Position numbers and translations under genes: made by a program. Shown one piece after another: positions 9,257-18,240 of a stretch of DNA of 64,000 bases. Each line of letters starts with the position of its first letter. The stretch's first letter is position 1. A model generated the notes under the pieces. It did no database searches. It worked only from the letters and a program-made list of their open reading frames with translations, and had not been told where the DNA came from. The stretch is taken from the NCBI GenBank assembly GCA_963628435.1, contig CAVGEY010000007.1, positions 12,831 through 76,830 on the forward strand. Direction: 5' to 3'. Source of the DNA: a bacterium. GTDB taxonomy: Bacteria; Bacillota; Clostridia; Oscillospirales; CAG-272.

Positions 9257-10024
9257 TCAAAAGAGAAATCCGCCTCCGAAGTCAAATAAATCTTCCGAAT
9301 TTTCAAAACCGGTAAGACCGTGCGGAATGTATCCGTGCTTTTTCGCAAAATCAATCATTTTACTGCCGTCGGGATGTCCGAGCGGATTTCCGAAGAAAAA
9401 CAGATGTTTTCCGCATACAAGCGTTGCTCCGCCGATAAATCCGTATCCGTATCCATCGAGAACTATGCTCCCGGATGATATTTTCAGCACATCCGCTCCG
9501 AGCATTGAGAGAATGTCCGCAAGACAGGCATCGGCGGTAATCGCTCCGTCGCCCAAAAGACAGACCGAACAGCGCGCATATCCCTGCTTTGCGTAAATTT
9601 CCGAAAAACCGGGATTTTTCAGTTCGCTTTGCATCATATCGGTTCTGCCGATGATGTGATTTTTGTAAATCAGAAAATTCAAGAGAATATCATTCGGATA
9701 TTTCGGATTCGGTTCTCTGCCGACTGTCTGCGGATATATTCGGCGAGAGTCGAATATGTCGCGGTTGCTTTTGTAATAACTCTCATAAACATACAGCTGC
9801 CGCCTCCCGCCCGAAAAAATCGGCAGTGCGAGCATATCCGGATGCGACGCAACAGGCGCGTCAATCGAGTCGTGGGGCGGAAGCCCGATTATATCCTCAA
9901 AATATCCCGTATCTTCCGCACATATTTTGCGTATTTCTTCTATGGCAGTATGCGGAACATTTTCGGATAAAAACAAATAAGGACGGACTTTATGTCCGTC
10001 CTCGAATGTCGGAAAAACGATCAT
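9257..10024 (-). CDS. Conserved hypothetical protein (possibly an amidinotransferase/GME-fold family such as DUF6873); function unknown
   Basis: 255-aa ORF whose ATG overlaps the rpmB stop (TAATG at 10022-10026). Family assignment is from memory only. Confidence 0.6.
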   Translation of the reverse strand: MIVFPTFEDGHKVRPYLFLSENVPHTAIEEIRKICAEDTGYFEDIIGLPPHDSIDAPVASHPDMLALPIFSGGRRQLYVYESYYKSNRDIFDSRRIYPQTVGREPNPKYPNDILLNFLIYKNHIIGRTDMMQSELKNPGFSEIYAKQGYARCSVCLLGDGAITADACLADILSMLGADVLKISSGSIVLDGYGYGFIGGATLVCGKHLFFFGNPLGHPDGSKMIDFAKKHGYIPHGLTGFENSEDLFDFGGGFLF

Positions 10025-10329
10025 TAAGCGTTCTCAGCCGGAGCTTCGGACACTGTCTCAACAACAGGCTCTATAACAACAGCTTCTTCGACTGCCTCGA
10101 CAGCTGCGGGAGCGGTTGAAACTTCTTTAACCTTAATCTCGGTCTGAACGCGGTTAAGCTTGCCGGAGCGCAGGCAACGGGAGCATACATAGACGGTCTT
10201 GTGAGTTCCGTTTATATCAGCTTTCACTTTCCTGATGTTCGGCTTCCATGCTCTGTTAGTCTTGCGGTTGGAGTGAGAAACACTTGCACCGAATACAACG
10301 CTTTTTCCGCAGAGTTCACATTTAGCCAT
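10024..10329 (-). CDS. rpmB: 50S ribosomal protein L28 (Cys-containing zinc-ribbon form) with a ~40-aa acidic/Ala-Val-rich C-terminal extension
   Basis: MAKCELCGK...SHSNRKTNR.WKPN...VCSRCLRSG. SD GGAGGT upstream and promoter at 10375-10403. Confidence 0.95.
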   Translation of the reverse strand: MAKCELCGKSVVFGASVSHSNRKTNRAWKPNIRKVKADINGTHKTVYVCSRCLRSGKLNRVQTEIKVKEVSTAPAAVEAVEEAVVIEPVVETVSEAPAENA

Positions 10330-10374
10330 ACTCTATACCTCCATAAATCATTAATTATCAAATCAGCGTCTTAC

Positions 10375-10403
10375 ATTATAGCATACTAATTTTGAAAATG
10401 CAA
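10375..10403 (-). promoter_or_regulatory. Promoter for rpmB
   Basis: Minus strand TTGCAT, 17 nt, TGc-TATAAT. Confidence 0.65.
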
Positions 10404-10472
10404 TAGTAATTTCAAAAAAACTTAAACTTTTACAACTTTTCTTATATAACTTATCCCGACTTATCTCGCCGA

Positions 10473-11348
10473 TTATTTGCCGCTGTTTTCGCTTTTCTTT
10501 TCACTGCCGCTGTCGTTTTCATCCGATTCGTCATCATCGTCGATATGATGAAGCGAACGCGGAGACGATTTTTCACTCTCCGTTTTCTTCTTTCCGAAAC
10601 TGATTTTGTTTTCGGTTCCCGAAAGCAGTCGTCCGATGTTCGAGCGGTGCGCGAAAAGCACGGTTGCCGTCATCAGAAGTGCCGAAATAATCATCAGAAA
10701 GGGAGGATGAAAACCGCCCGTCAAAAGTGCGAAAACTCTGTCAAGCAGCAGCGGGAACATCAGCGCGGCGATAATCGAGCCGAGCGAAACATATTTTGTT
10801 CCGAGAATGATAAGACAGAAAATCAAAATAACGAGTATACCGACAATCGGATCGGCCGCAAGCATTACGCCCGCAGACGGCGCGGCCCCTTTGCCTCCCT
10901 TGAATTTGAAAAAGACAGGGAAACAGTGACCGAGTATACAGAAAAAACCGACAATGTATGCCGCGGTATGCCCGATAAGCAGCAGTCCGAGAAGAGATGC
11001 CATCACTCCTTTGAGCGTGTCACCGACAAGCGTTAAAACACCTGCCAAAACGCCGTATGTGCGGTTCATATTTGTGGTTCCCGCATTATGACTTCCGTGA
11101 TTTCTTATATCATCATGGAAGATAAAACGCGATATCAGCAATGAAAAATTCAGACTTCCGAGAAGATAGCCGACAGCCGCAAGCGAAAGAAGTATCAGAA
11201 CGAGCAGCCATATCGGAAGAGCAGAGGAAACTCCGGACTCCGACACGGAAATGTGAAAGGCTTTAGTGATAATTCCGATATCGGGATCACCGTTGAAAAA
11301 CAGTTTGTACAGAAAAAACTCCACTTTGTCAATCACCGCCTTCCTCAC
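10473..11348 (-). CDS. plsY: Glycerol-3-phosphate acyltransferase PlsY (with N- and C-terminal extensions)
   Basis: YLLGSLNFSLL, GSHNAGTTN and FKGGKGAA motifs. GTG start overlaps the der 3' end, so the exact start is uncertain. Acidic C-terminal tail. Confidence 0.85.
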   Translation of the reverse strand: MRKAVIDKVEFFLYKLFFNGDPDIGIITKAFHISVSESGVSSALPIWLLVLILLSLAAVGYLLGSLNFSLLISRFIFHDDIRNHGSHNAGTTNMNRTYGVLAGVLTLVGDTLKGVMASLLGLLLIGHTAAYIVGFFCILGHCFPVFFKFKGGKGAAPSAGVMLAADPIVGILVILIFCLIILGTKYVSLGSIIAALMFPLLLDRVFALLTGGFHPPFLMIISALLMTATVLFAHRSNIGRLLSGTENKISFGKKKTESEKSSPRSLHHIDDDDESDENDSGSEKKSENSGK

Positions 11349-12663
11349 CCTTCATACGTATGTTCAGCTTTATCGGGGTACCGCTGAATCCGAATACCTC
11401 TCTGAGCTGATTTTCGATGTATCTCTGATATGAAAAGTGGAACAGACGTGCGTCGTTGCAGAAAATGACAAATGACGGCGGCTTTACACCGACCTGCGTC
11501 ATATAGTATATCTTAAGGCGGCGTCCCTTGTCGGACGGCGGCTGAACACGTGCCTGCGCATCGGCAAGCATATCATTCAGCATACCTGTCGTAACACGCA
11601 TGCATGATTGATTGTTTATGTAAACAATGTGTTCGAAAAGCCTCTCAACACGCTGACCGGTTTTCGCGGAAACGAAAACTATCGGCGCGTATGTCATATA
11701 CGACAGAGCACATCTTATCTTATCGGTAAATTCTTTTACGGTCGAATTGTCCTTGTCAATCAGATCCCATTTGTTTACCGCGATTATCGAGGCCTTTCCC
11801 GCTTCATGCGCAAGCCCCGCTATTTTTTCATCCTGTTCGGTTATTCCCTGAACGGCGTCAATCATGATAATGCAGACATCGGCACGGTCGATTGCCATTT
11901 TGGCTCTCAGCACCGAGTATTTCTCGATTTTGTCCTCGATTTTAGCCTGACGTCTGATTCCCGCCGTGTCAATGAAGGTGAATTTTCCGTATTCGTTTTC
12001 AAGATGCGTGTCAATCGCATCACGCGTTGTTCCCGCAATATCCGAAACTATAAGACGGTTTTCACCGAGAATGCTGTTGATTATAGAAGATTTTCCCGCA
12101 TTCGGCTTGCCGATTACCGCAACCTTGATTGTGTCGCCGTCATCGTCGGACTCCTCCTCATCGGGGAAATAGCCGTAAACCGCGTCGAGAAGATCTCCCG
12201 TTCCGCTCCCGTGAACCGATGATATCGCAATCGGATCGTTTTGAAATCCGAGTTCGTAAAACTCATAATATTCGGCAGGAGGCAGACCGACCGAGTCGCA
12301 TTTGTTGACGGCAACAACTACCGGTTTGCCCGAACGCAGAAGCATTCTCGCAATGTCGCGGTCGTCTGCCGTAAGACCTGCGCGGACATCGCAGAGAAAA
12401 ATAATAACATCCGCACTTTCTATCGCAATTTGCGCCTGCATTCGCATATATTTAAGAATAATGTCATCACCGGCAGGCTCAATACCGCCGGTGTCGATAA
12501 GCATGCATTGTCTGCCGCGCCACTCTATTTCATAGTAAATACGGTCGCGCGTAACGCCGGGAGTGTCCTCGACAATCGAAACGCGCTCCCCCGCAAGCTT
12601 GTTGAATAATGTGGACTTTCCGACATTCGGCCGTCCGACAATAGCAACAATCGGCTTACTCAT
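11329..12663 (-). CDS. der: Ribosome-associated GTPase Der/EngA (two GTPase domains + KH-like)
   Basis: GRPNVGKST and GKPNAGKSS P-loops, DTGG/DTAG, NKCD/NKWD. Confidence 0.95.
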   Translation of the reverse strand: MSKPIVAIVGRPNVGKSTLFNKLAGERVSIVEDTPGVTRDRIYYEIEWRGRQCMLIDTGGIEPAGDDIILKYMRMQAQIAIESADVIIFLCDVRAGLTADDRDIARMLLRSGKPVVVAVNKCDSVGLPPAEYYEFYELGFQNDPIAISSVHGSGTGDLLDAVYGYFPDEEESDDDGDTIKVAVIGKPNAGKSSIINSILGENRLIVSDIAGTTRDAIDTHLENEYGKFTFIDTAGIRRQAKIEDKIEKYSVLRAKMAIDRADVCIIMIDAVQGITEQDEKIAGLAHEAGKASIIAVNKWDLIDKDNSTVKEFTDKIRCALSYMTYAPIVFVSAKTGQRVERLFEHIVYINNQSCMRVTTGMLNDMLADAQARVQPPSDKGRRLKIYYMTQVGVKPPSFVIFCNDARLFHFSYQRYIENQLREVFGFSGTPIKLNIRMKGEEGGD

Positions 12664-12687
12664 TTTTAGATATTCCTTTCATTGGAA

Positions 12688-14007
12688 TTATGTATTGCGG
12701 CTTTTTGCCTCATCGATTATCTTATCGATAAAGTCGAAACCGTCCGAATCTATTTCGGTGATTTTTACGTTCAGCGCTTTTTCGACATCTTCTTTGGATG
12801 TGTCGTCAAGGAAAAGATTTCCTTCGTCGCGCAGCATGGTTGACGAAACAAAAAGATTTCCGCCGAGATTTTTGCCTTTGAGTTGGTTTATAAGATCGCA
12901 TCCGCAGATAAGTCCCGATACCGTTATCGTGTGTCCGAAGAAATCGTTTTCAATCGGATATACCGTTCCGTGAAGATTCGGAATTTTTTCACATAACCGC
13001 CTTGTTATCGAGCTTATGAATTCGTATGCGGCCATACCCGTTGCAATTGCAAATTCAAACGGTTTTTCGATTTTCTCATCGCACCCGTCAAGCGCAATGC
13101 CGAATTCGGTATTCATCGATGTTATCATCCCGACGCCGTTTTCAATCTGCGGATAGCCGTCGTAATAATTTTCATCGGGCAGCGGACGACCCGCGGTAAT
13201 GTAAAATTCATCCGACGGATAGAAAAGCCGAACCCCGTATTTGTCGAAATAGCGATTTCCGAATGAATCGATGATGTCTATTGCGGCGGCGGCATCGTCT
13301 TTTCCGAACGGTTCGAGTTCAAACAGCCCTTCACGGTGTGCCGTGATGCCTGCGGGAACGATCGCAACACTGCCGATTCCCGGATAAAGCGCGCCGAGAT
13401 CGCCGAGCGTACGGATAAGTTCATCGCCGTCGTTGATGCCCTTGCAGAGCACAATCTGCGCGTTTACGGTTATCCCTCCGTCGACCAGCCGCTTTATATA
13501 GGGAAGAGTAGATCCCGCAAACCTGTTGCATAGCATTTTACATCGAAGTTCGGGATTTGTCGTGTGAACCGATATGTTTATCGGCGACATTCTCATTTTG
13601 ATGATGCGGTCTATGTCCTCGTCTGTCATATTCGTCAGGGTAACGTAGTTGCCCATAAGAAAAGACAGCCTTGAGTCGTCATCTTTGAAATATATTGTGT
13701 CGCGCATGCCCTTCGGATTCTGGTCGATAAAGCAGAATATGCATTTGTTTCGGCAGGTCTGCTTTTTGTCCATCAGGAATGTTTCGAAATCGAGCCCCGG
13801 ATCATCGTATTCGCCCTTTGTGATTTCAACGGTGATAAGATCCGGTCCTCTGTGAAGCAGAACGGATAATTTTTTTTCGGTTGTGTAAAATCTGTAATCG
13901 AGGACATCGCGGATTTTGTTTCCGTTGACCGAAAGCAGTATGTCGCCGGGCAGAATGCCCGCCTTTTCGGCAAACGAGCCGTGATTAACCGATTTAACAG
14001 TAACCAT
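12688..14007 (-). CDS. PDZ + DUF512 family protein (radical-SAM-like fold)
   Basis: PDZ GSFAEKAGILPGDILLSVNG. C..KCIFCF cluster. ATG at 14007 has an SD (GAGGA, 8 nt), while the TTG at 14043 in the ORF track has none. Confidence 0.8.
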   Translation of the reverse strand: MVTVKSVNHGSFAEKAGILPGDILLSVNGNKIRDVLDYRFYTTEKKLSVLLHRGPDLITVEITKGEYDDPGLDFETFLMDKKQTCRNKCIFCFIDQNPKGMRDTIYFKDDDSRLSFLMGNYVTLTNMTDEDIDRIIKMRMSPINISVHTTNPELRCKMLCNRFAGSTLPYIKRLVDGGITVNAQIVLCKGINDGDELIRTLGDLGALYPGIGSVAIVPAGITAHREGLFELEPFGKDDAAAAIDIIDSFGNRYFDKYGVRLFYPSDEFYITAGRPLPDENYYDGYPQIENGVGMITSMNTEFGIALDGCDEKIEKPFEFAIATGMAAYEFISSITRRLCEKIPNLHGTVYPIENDFFGHTITVSGLICGCDLINQLKGKNLGGNLFVSSTMLRDEGNLFLDDTSKEDVEKALNVKITEIDSDGFDFIDKIIDEAKSRNT

Positions 14008-14110
14008 TGCCGAAATCCTCAAATCCTTTCCTGCGGCTATCAAAGCGGGGCGTGTTTACAAAACGAAACACGCCCCCAAAACGCATCATTAAACTGTAAA
14101 AAGCCGACAA

Positions 14111-14293
14111 TTACGCTTCGACTTTCAGAATTTCCTTGCCGTTGTAAGTTCCGCAGTTCTTGCAAACTCTGTGAGCCAGAACGAACTCACCGCACTTCGG
14201 GCATTTCTGCATCTGGGGCGCTTCGAGCTTCCAGACACTTGAACGTCTCTTGTCGCGTCTTGCTTTTGATACCTTTCTCTTCGGTACTGCCAT
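14111..14293 (-). CDS. rpmF: 50S ribosomal protein L32 (zinc-ribbon form)
   Basis: [17 protein letters not shown]...CPKCGE...CKNCG. SD AGGAGGTG. Confidence 0.95.
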   Translation of the reverse strand: MAVPKRKVSKARRDKRRSSVWKLEAPQMQKCPKCGEFVLAHRVCKNCGTYNGKEILKVEA

Positions 14294-14353
14294 GAATGAA
14301 CACCTCCTAATAGACCTGTTGCATACCTAAACGGGATTATACAACATAATTTC

Positions 14354-14854
14354 TCATTTGTCAAGTAGTTTTCCCAAAATTGCGAGCCTCGGGTCGATTT
14401 CTTTTTTGGGACAGCCGCACTCACCTTCATTGAGGTCGGCTCCGCATTTCGGACACAATCCCTTGCAGTTTTCGTCGCACAGAAAAATCATCGGAAAATC
14501 GAGCAGTACGGCCTCGCATATTGCGGAGTCGGGGTCGAGCATACCTTTCTCGACTGTAATGTAGTCCTCTTCGCTCTCCTCATCCGAAAGACTGCCTTTT
14601 ACCGCAATCGGCTTTTCAAAATCAAATTTATATGTCCGTTTGATTTCCTTGAAACAGCGCGCACAGTGAGTCGTAAACGGAATCTCGGCGGATGCGCCGA
14701 TCGTCATATAACCCGCCATGTTGCGAACTTTTCCGCATAAATGCATTTTGCCGTCAAAACTCACATCGGGCAGTTCTTCGGGGGCATCGGTTTCGTATTC
14801 GAAATCAACAGTCTCACTGTCGCCTTTTATAAGTTTGCGTATGTCAATCTGCAT
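14354..14854 (-). CDS. YceD/DUF177 family protein (23S rRNA accumulation protein-like), cotranscribed with rpmF
   Basis: Conserved position upstream of rpmF. C-terminal CDENCKGLCPKCGADLNEGECGC. SD GGGAGGTG. Confidence 0.85.
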   Translation of the reverse strand: MQIDIRKLIKGDSETVDFEYETDAPEELPDVSFDGKMHLCGKVRNMAGYMTIGASAEIPFTTHCARCFKEIKRTYKFDFEKPIAVKGSLSDEESEEDYITVEKGMLDPDSAICEAVLLDFPMIFLCDENCKGLCPKCGADLNEGECGCPKKEIDPRLAILGKLLDK

Positions 14855-14896
14855 GATATCACCTCCCGGTAAAATGCGAAATTAAGTGCGGATGTT

Positions 14897-14925
14897 ATTA
14901 TAAACAAAAGCCGCGCATTTGTCAA
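14897..14925 (-). promoter_or_regulatory. Promoter for yceD-rpmF
   Basis: Minus strand TTGACA (14925-14920), 17 nt, TATAAT (14902-14897): a perfect consensus. Confidence 0.75.
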
Positions 14926-14957
14926 TAGAAAAAAGAATATGTCGTCAAAATACCCTA

Positions 14958-14985
14958 TGTTTTCGGCAGATGACTGCCGAAAACA
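14958..14985 (-). terminator. Probable terminator after valS
   Basis: TGTTTTCGGCAG / CTGCCGAAAACA stem. The U-tail is imperfect. Confidence 0.5.
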
Positions 14986-14999
14986 CAGGATAATTTATG

Positions 15000-17615
15000 T
15001 TACTTCGGAAGTTTGGCAAGCGCCGCTTTGACTTTTTCGGCCGTTTCGGTATACTTGACGAGTTTCGCCTTTTCACCTGCGATAACGGCTTCGGGTGCCT
15101 TCGCGATAAATCCGGGATTTGAAAGTTTCCTGTTCAGACGGTCAATCTCATCGTAATTCTTTTTAAGCTCGGCTTCAAGTCGCGCATGCTCTTTTGCGAG
15201 ATCCACGATTTCGGCAAGCGGGATAAAGATTGTGGCAACACTTGTGACAATCTGCACCGCTGTTTCGTCATTGTATGCTTTTACAACCTTCAGCGATGAC
15301 GCGGAGGCGAGCTTGATAAAGAATTTTTCGCTCTTTTCGCTGAAGATGTCGGTGCGGTCGGTCGCGATTATAACCGCCGCTTTTTTGGACGGAGGAACAT
15401 TCATTTCCTGACGGCGGTTGCGTATTGCACGTACCGCGTCGATAACCGCTTCCATCGATTTTTCATCTTCTTCGAATATGTATGCTTCGTCTTTTTTCGG
15501 CCAGTCGGAAATCATGATAGATTCGCCGTCGTGAGGCAGAGACTGCCAGATTTCCTCGGTTATGAACGGAATGAACGGGTGCAGCATTTTCAGAATGCCG
15601 GTCATAACATGTATGAGCACCTGCTGAGCCGGCTCGTCACCCGAAGAAAGTCTCGGCTTGACAAGTTCGATATACCAGTCGCAGAAGACATCCCATGTGA
15701 AATCATAGAGCTTCGCGAGAGCCACACCGAGTTCGTAATTTTCGAGATTCAGCGTTACTTCTCCGATAAGTTCGTTGTATTTTGTGAGAATCCACTTGTC
15801 CTCTGTTTCGAGTTTGTCGGCATCGGGCAGTTTCGCCTTTTCGACTGTCAGGTTCATGAGTATAAAGCGTGCAGCGTTCCACAGCTTGTTGTTGAAGTTT
15901 CTTGCGGCCTCGATTTTTTCGTCCGAGAATCTCATGTCATTGCCGGGTGCGTTGCCGGTCGCAAGCGCGAAACGAAGCGCATCCGCACCGTACTTGTCGA
16001 TTATTTCGAGCGGATCGATACCGTTTCCGAGCGATTTCGACATTTTTCTTCCCTGAGCATCGCGTACAAGCCCGTGAATGAATACGGTAGAGAACGGTTT
16101 TTGACCTGTGTGTTCTATTCCCGAGAAAATCATTCTCGCCACCCAGAAGAATATGATGTCGTATCCCGTTACAAGCACAGAGGTCGGATAATATTTTTTG
16201 AGCGTTTCGGTCTGTTCGGGCCATCCCATCGTAGAGAACGGCCAGAGTGCCGATGAAAACCAGGTGTCAAGCACGTCCTCTTCCTGACGCATTTCTCCGC
16301 CGCAGTCGGGGCAGACGGTGACATCTTCTTTGGAAACCACCATTTTTCCGCACTTTTTGCAGTAGAAAGCGGGAATGCGGTGACCCCACCAGAGCTGACG
16401 TGAAATGCACCAGTCGTGAACGTTTTCCATCCATCTGTAATAGTTTGTTGCAAAACGTTCGGGCTCGAATTTGATTTCTCCGCTCTTTACGGCCTCTATT
16501 GCGGGCTCTGCGAGCGGTTCCATCTTTACGAACCACTGATCTGATGTAATCGGCTCGACGGTGTTGTGACAGCGGTAGCAGGTACCGACATTGTGAACAT
16601 GAGGCACCACTTTTACAAGAAGACCTTCCGATTCGAGATCGGCGACCATCATGCGGCGCGCCTCATAGCGGTCGAGACCGTGATATTTGCTGCCCGGGCA
16701 GTTGATTTTCGCGTCATCGTCGAGAATTTTGATTTGCGGAAGATTGTGACGCTGACCGACGAGAAAGTCGTTCGGATCGTGCGCAGGCGTGATTTTTACA
16801 CAGCCCGTTCCGAAATCCTGCTCGACATAGTCGTCGGCGATGACCGGAATTTCTCTTCCGACAAGCGGAAGAATGAGAGTTTTGCCCACAAGATTTTTGT
16901 AGCGTTCGTCATTCGGATTGACCGCAACGGCAGTGTCGCCGAGAAGCGTTTCGGGACGGGTGGTTGCGACCTCGACATAACCGCTTCCGTCACTTATCGG
17001 ATAACGGATGTGCCAGAAGTTGCCGGGTTGTTCGGCGTATTCGACTTCTGCGTCGGAAAGGGCGGTGCGGCAGTGAGGGCACCAGTTGATGATCCTGTTT
17101 CCGCGGTATATAAGCCCCTTGTTGTATAGGTTGACAAAGACCTCGCGTACTGCCTTGCAGCAGCCGTCATCCATTGTGAAGCGCAGACGCGACCAGTCGC
17201 ATGATGAGCCGAGCTTTTTCAGCTGTCTTATAATGTTGTCGCCGTATTGCTCTTTCCATGCCCAAACTCTCTTCAGAAATTCGTCTCGGCCCAGATCGTA
17301 TCTTGTAAGCCCTTCGTTTACGCGGAGCGATTCCTCCACTTTGATTTGGGTTGCGATTCCGGCATGGTCGGTTCCGGGAATCCATAGAGCCGAATATCCC
17401 TGCATACGCTTGAAGCGTACGAGAATATCCTGAAGTGTTTCATCGAGAGCATGTCCCATGTGCAGTTTGCCCGTGACATTCGGGGGCGGAATTACGATTG
17501 AAAAAGAGGGCTTGCCGTCATGGATGTCCGGGGTAAAATAACCGTTTTCATTCCAGAATGAGTAAAGACGGTCCTCGATTTCTTTCGGTGAATACTGTTT
17601 TTCGAGTTCTTTCAT
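15000..17615 (-). CDS. valS: Valine--tRNA ligase
   Basis: [13 protein letters not shown] (HIGH), KMSKS and a C-terminal coiled coil. ATG at 17615 is preceded by GAAAGGAAG. The track's GTG at 17651 lies inside the T-box terminator tail. Confidence 0.95.
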   Translation of the reverse strand: MKELEKQYSPKEIEDRLYSFWNENGYFTPDIHDGKPSFSIVIPPPNVTGKLHMGHALDETLQDILVRFKRMQGYSALWIPGTDHAGIATQIKVEESLRVNEGLTRYDLGRDEFLKRVWAWKEQYGDNIIRQLKKLGSSCDWSRLRFTMDDGCCKAVREVFVNLYNKGLIYRGNRIINWCPHCRTALSDAEVEYAEQPGNFWHIRYPISDGSGYVEVATTRPETLLGDTAVAVNPNDERYKNLVGKTLILPLVGREIPVIADDYVEQDFGTGCVKITPAHDPNDFLVGQRHNLPQIKILDDDAKINCPGSKYHGLDRYEARRMMVADLESEGLLVKVVPHVHNVGTCYRCHNTVEPITSDQWFVKMEPLAEPAIEAVKSGEIKFEPERFATNYYRWMENVHDWCISRQLWWGHRIPAFYCKKCGKMVVSKEDVTVCPDCGGEMRQEEDVLDTWFSSALWPFSTMGWPEQTETLKKYYPTSVLVTGYDIIFFWVARMIFSGIEHTGQKPFSTVFIHGLVRDAQGRKMSKSLGNGIDPLEIIDKYGADALRFALATGNAPGNDMRFSDEKIEAARNFNNKLWNAARFILMNLTVEKAKLPDADKLETEDKWILTKYNELIGEVTLNLENYELGVALAKLYDFTWDVFCDWYIELVKPRLSSGDEPAQQVLIHVMTGILKMLHPFIPFITEEIWQSLPHDGESIMISDWPKKDEAYIFEEDEKSMEAVIDAVRAIRNRRQEMNVPPSKKAAVIIATDRTDIFSEKSEKFFIKLASASSLKVVKAYNDETAVQIVTSVATIFIPLAEIVDLAKEHARLEAELKKNYDEIDRLNRKLSNPGFIAKAPEAVIAGEKAKLVKYTETAEKVKAALAKLPK

Positions 17616-17652
17616 GTTTTTCGACTTCCTTTCTCGCTGATTTTGATACACG

Positions 17653-17945
17653 TAAAAATAAAAGCCCTGTAATCGTCGATAAGATTACAGGACGCATAAT
17701 GGCGCGGTACCACCTGAATTTCCGCCGCAGCGGACACTTTTCCCGCGCTTTTGATTTCCGAAAATATCGAAAACGCAGATCCGCTGTAACGGACGGAAAC
17801 CGTCGGAAACTATGCGTTCGCATTCATAACCGCTGTTCGGGGGCGACTTCGGGAACCGCTTTCGGTACCGCTCTCACCTTTCGGTACTCTCTGTGCAACG
17901 CGCCGATCCTTACTGCTCCCCGTCATTACATTTGTGATTCTTTAT
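17653..17945 (-). promoter_or_regulatory. T-box leader (tRNA-sensing riboswitch) controlling valS
   Basis: Minus-strand T-box sequence AATTCAGGTGGTACCGCGCC (complement 17701-17720). Terminator hairpin CCTGTAATC/GATTACAGG (17666-17691) followed by a U-run. Stem I AGAGAGUA element. Candidate GUU specifier at complement 17828-17830. Confidence 0.85.
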
Positions 17946-17950
17946 CGGGT

Positions 17951-17979
17951 ATTCTATCACGGAAATAAACAAAAGTCAA
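17951..17979 (-). promoter_or_regulatory. Promoter for the valS T-box leader
   Basis: Minus strand TTGACT, 17 nt, TGa-TAGAAT. Confidence 0.7.
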
Positions 17980-18080
17980 TGTTTTTGAAAAAAAAACCGA
18001 AAATAGGGCGTGATTTTATGATTTTCGGAAATTAAATACAAAAAAGTTGCAATTCATTCACCGAAAAAACGGCTTTGGGG

Positions 18081-18109
18081 TTGAAAAAAAAATAATGATA
18101 GTGTATAAT
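18081..18109 (+). promoter_or_regulatory. Promoter for the LtaS-family gene
   Basis: TTGAAA, 17 nt, TATAAT. Confidence 0.6.
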
Positions 18110-18142
18110 ACGACATTGTTCGGCGCAGGCTTTTTTGCCGAT

Positions 18143-18170
18143 ATACCGCCGAAATACCGCCGAAATACCG
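18143..18170. repeat. 11-bp tandem repeat (2.5 copies) in the LtaS-family gene leader
   Basis: ATACCGCCGAA x2, then ATACCG. Confidence 0.85.
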
Positions 18171-18240
18171 ATTTACGAATTTCGACAGCGGGAATATGAC
18201 CGTCCGCTGCCTCTTGCAGATATCTGAAAGGAATGTTACA

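Noticed and set aside
14047-14076. A GGGGCGTGTTT / AAACACGCCCC hairpin between rpmF and the DUF512 gene, considered as a terminator.
   Set aside because: It has a good stem but almost no U-tail on the - strand, and the next gene starts 40 nt downstream. It may be a processing or attenuation structure, so I did not call it a terminator.
17652-17823. A 91-aa ORF (17548-17823, - strand) and a 136-aa ORF (17558-17968, + strand) upstream of valS.
   Set aside because: The region is fully explained by the T-box leader (T-box sequence, terminator, promoter). The ORFs have no SD and are arginine-rich nonsense.
18143-18170. An 11-bp direct repeat ATACCGCCGAA (2.5 copies), considered as a mini CRISPR-like or iteron element.
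   Set aside because: It is far too short, has no spacers and no cas genes. It is most simply a slippage duplication in a 5' UTR, so I list it only as a repeat feature.
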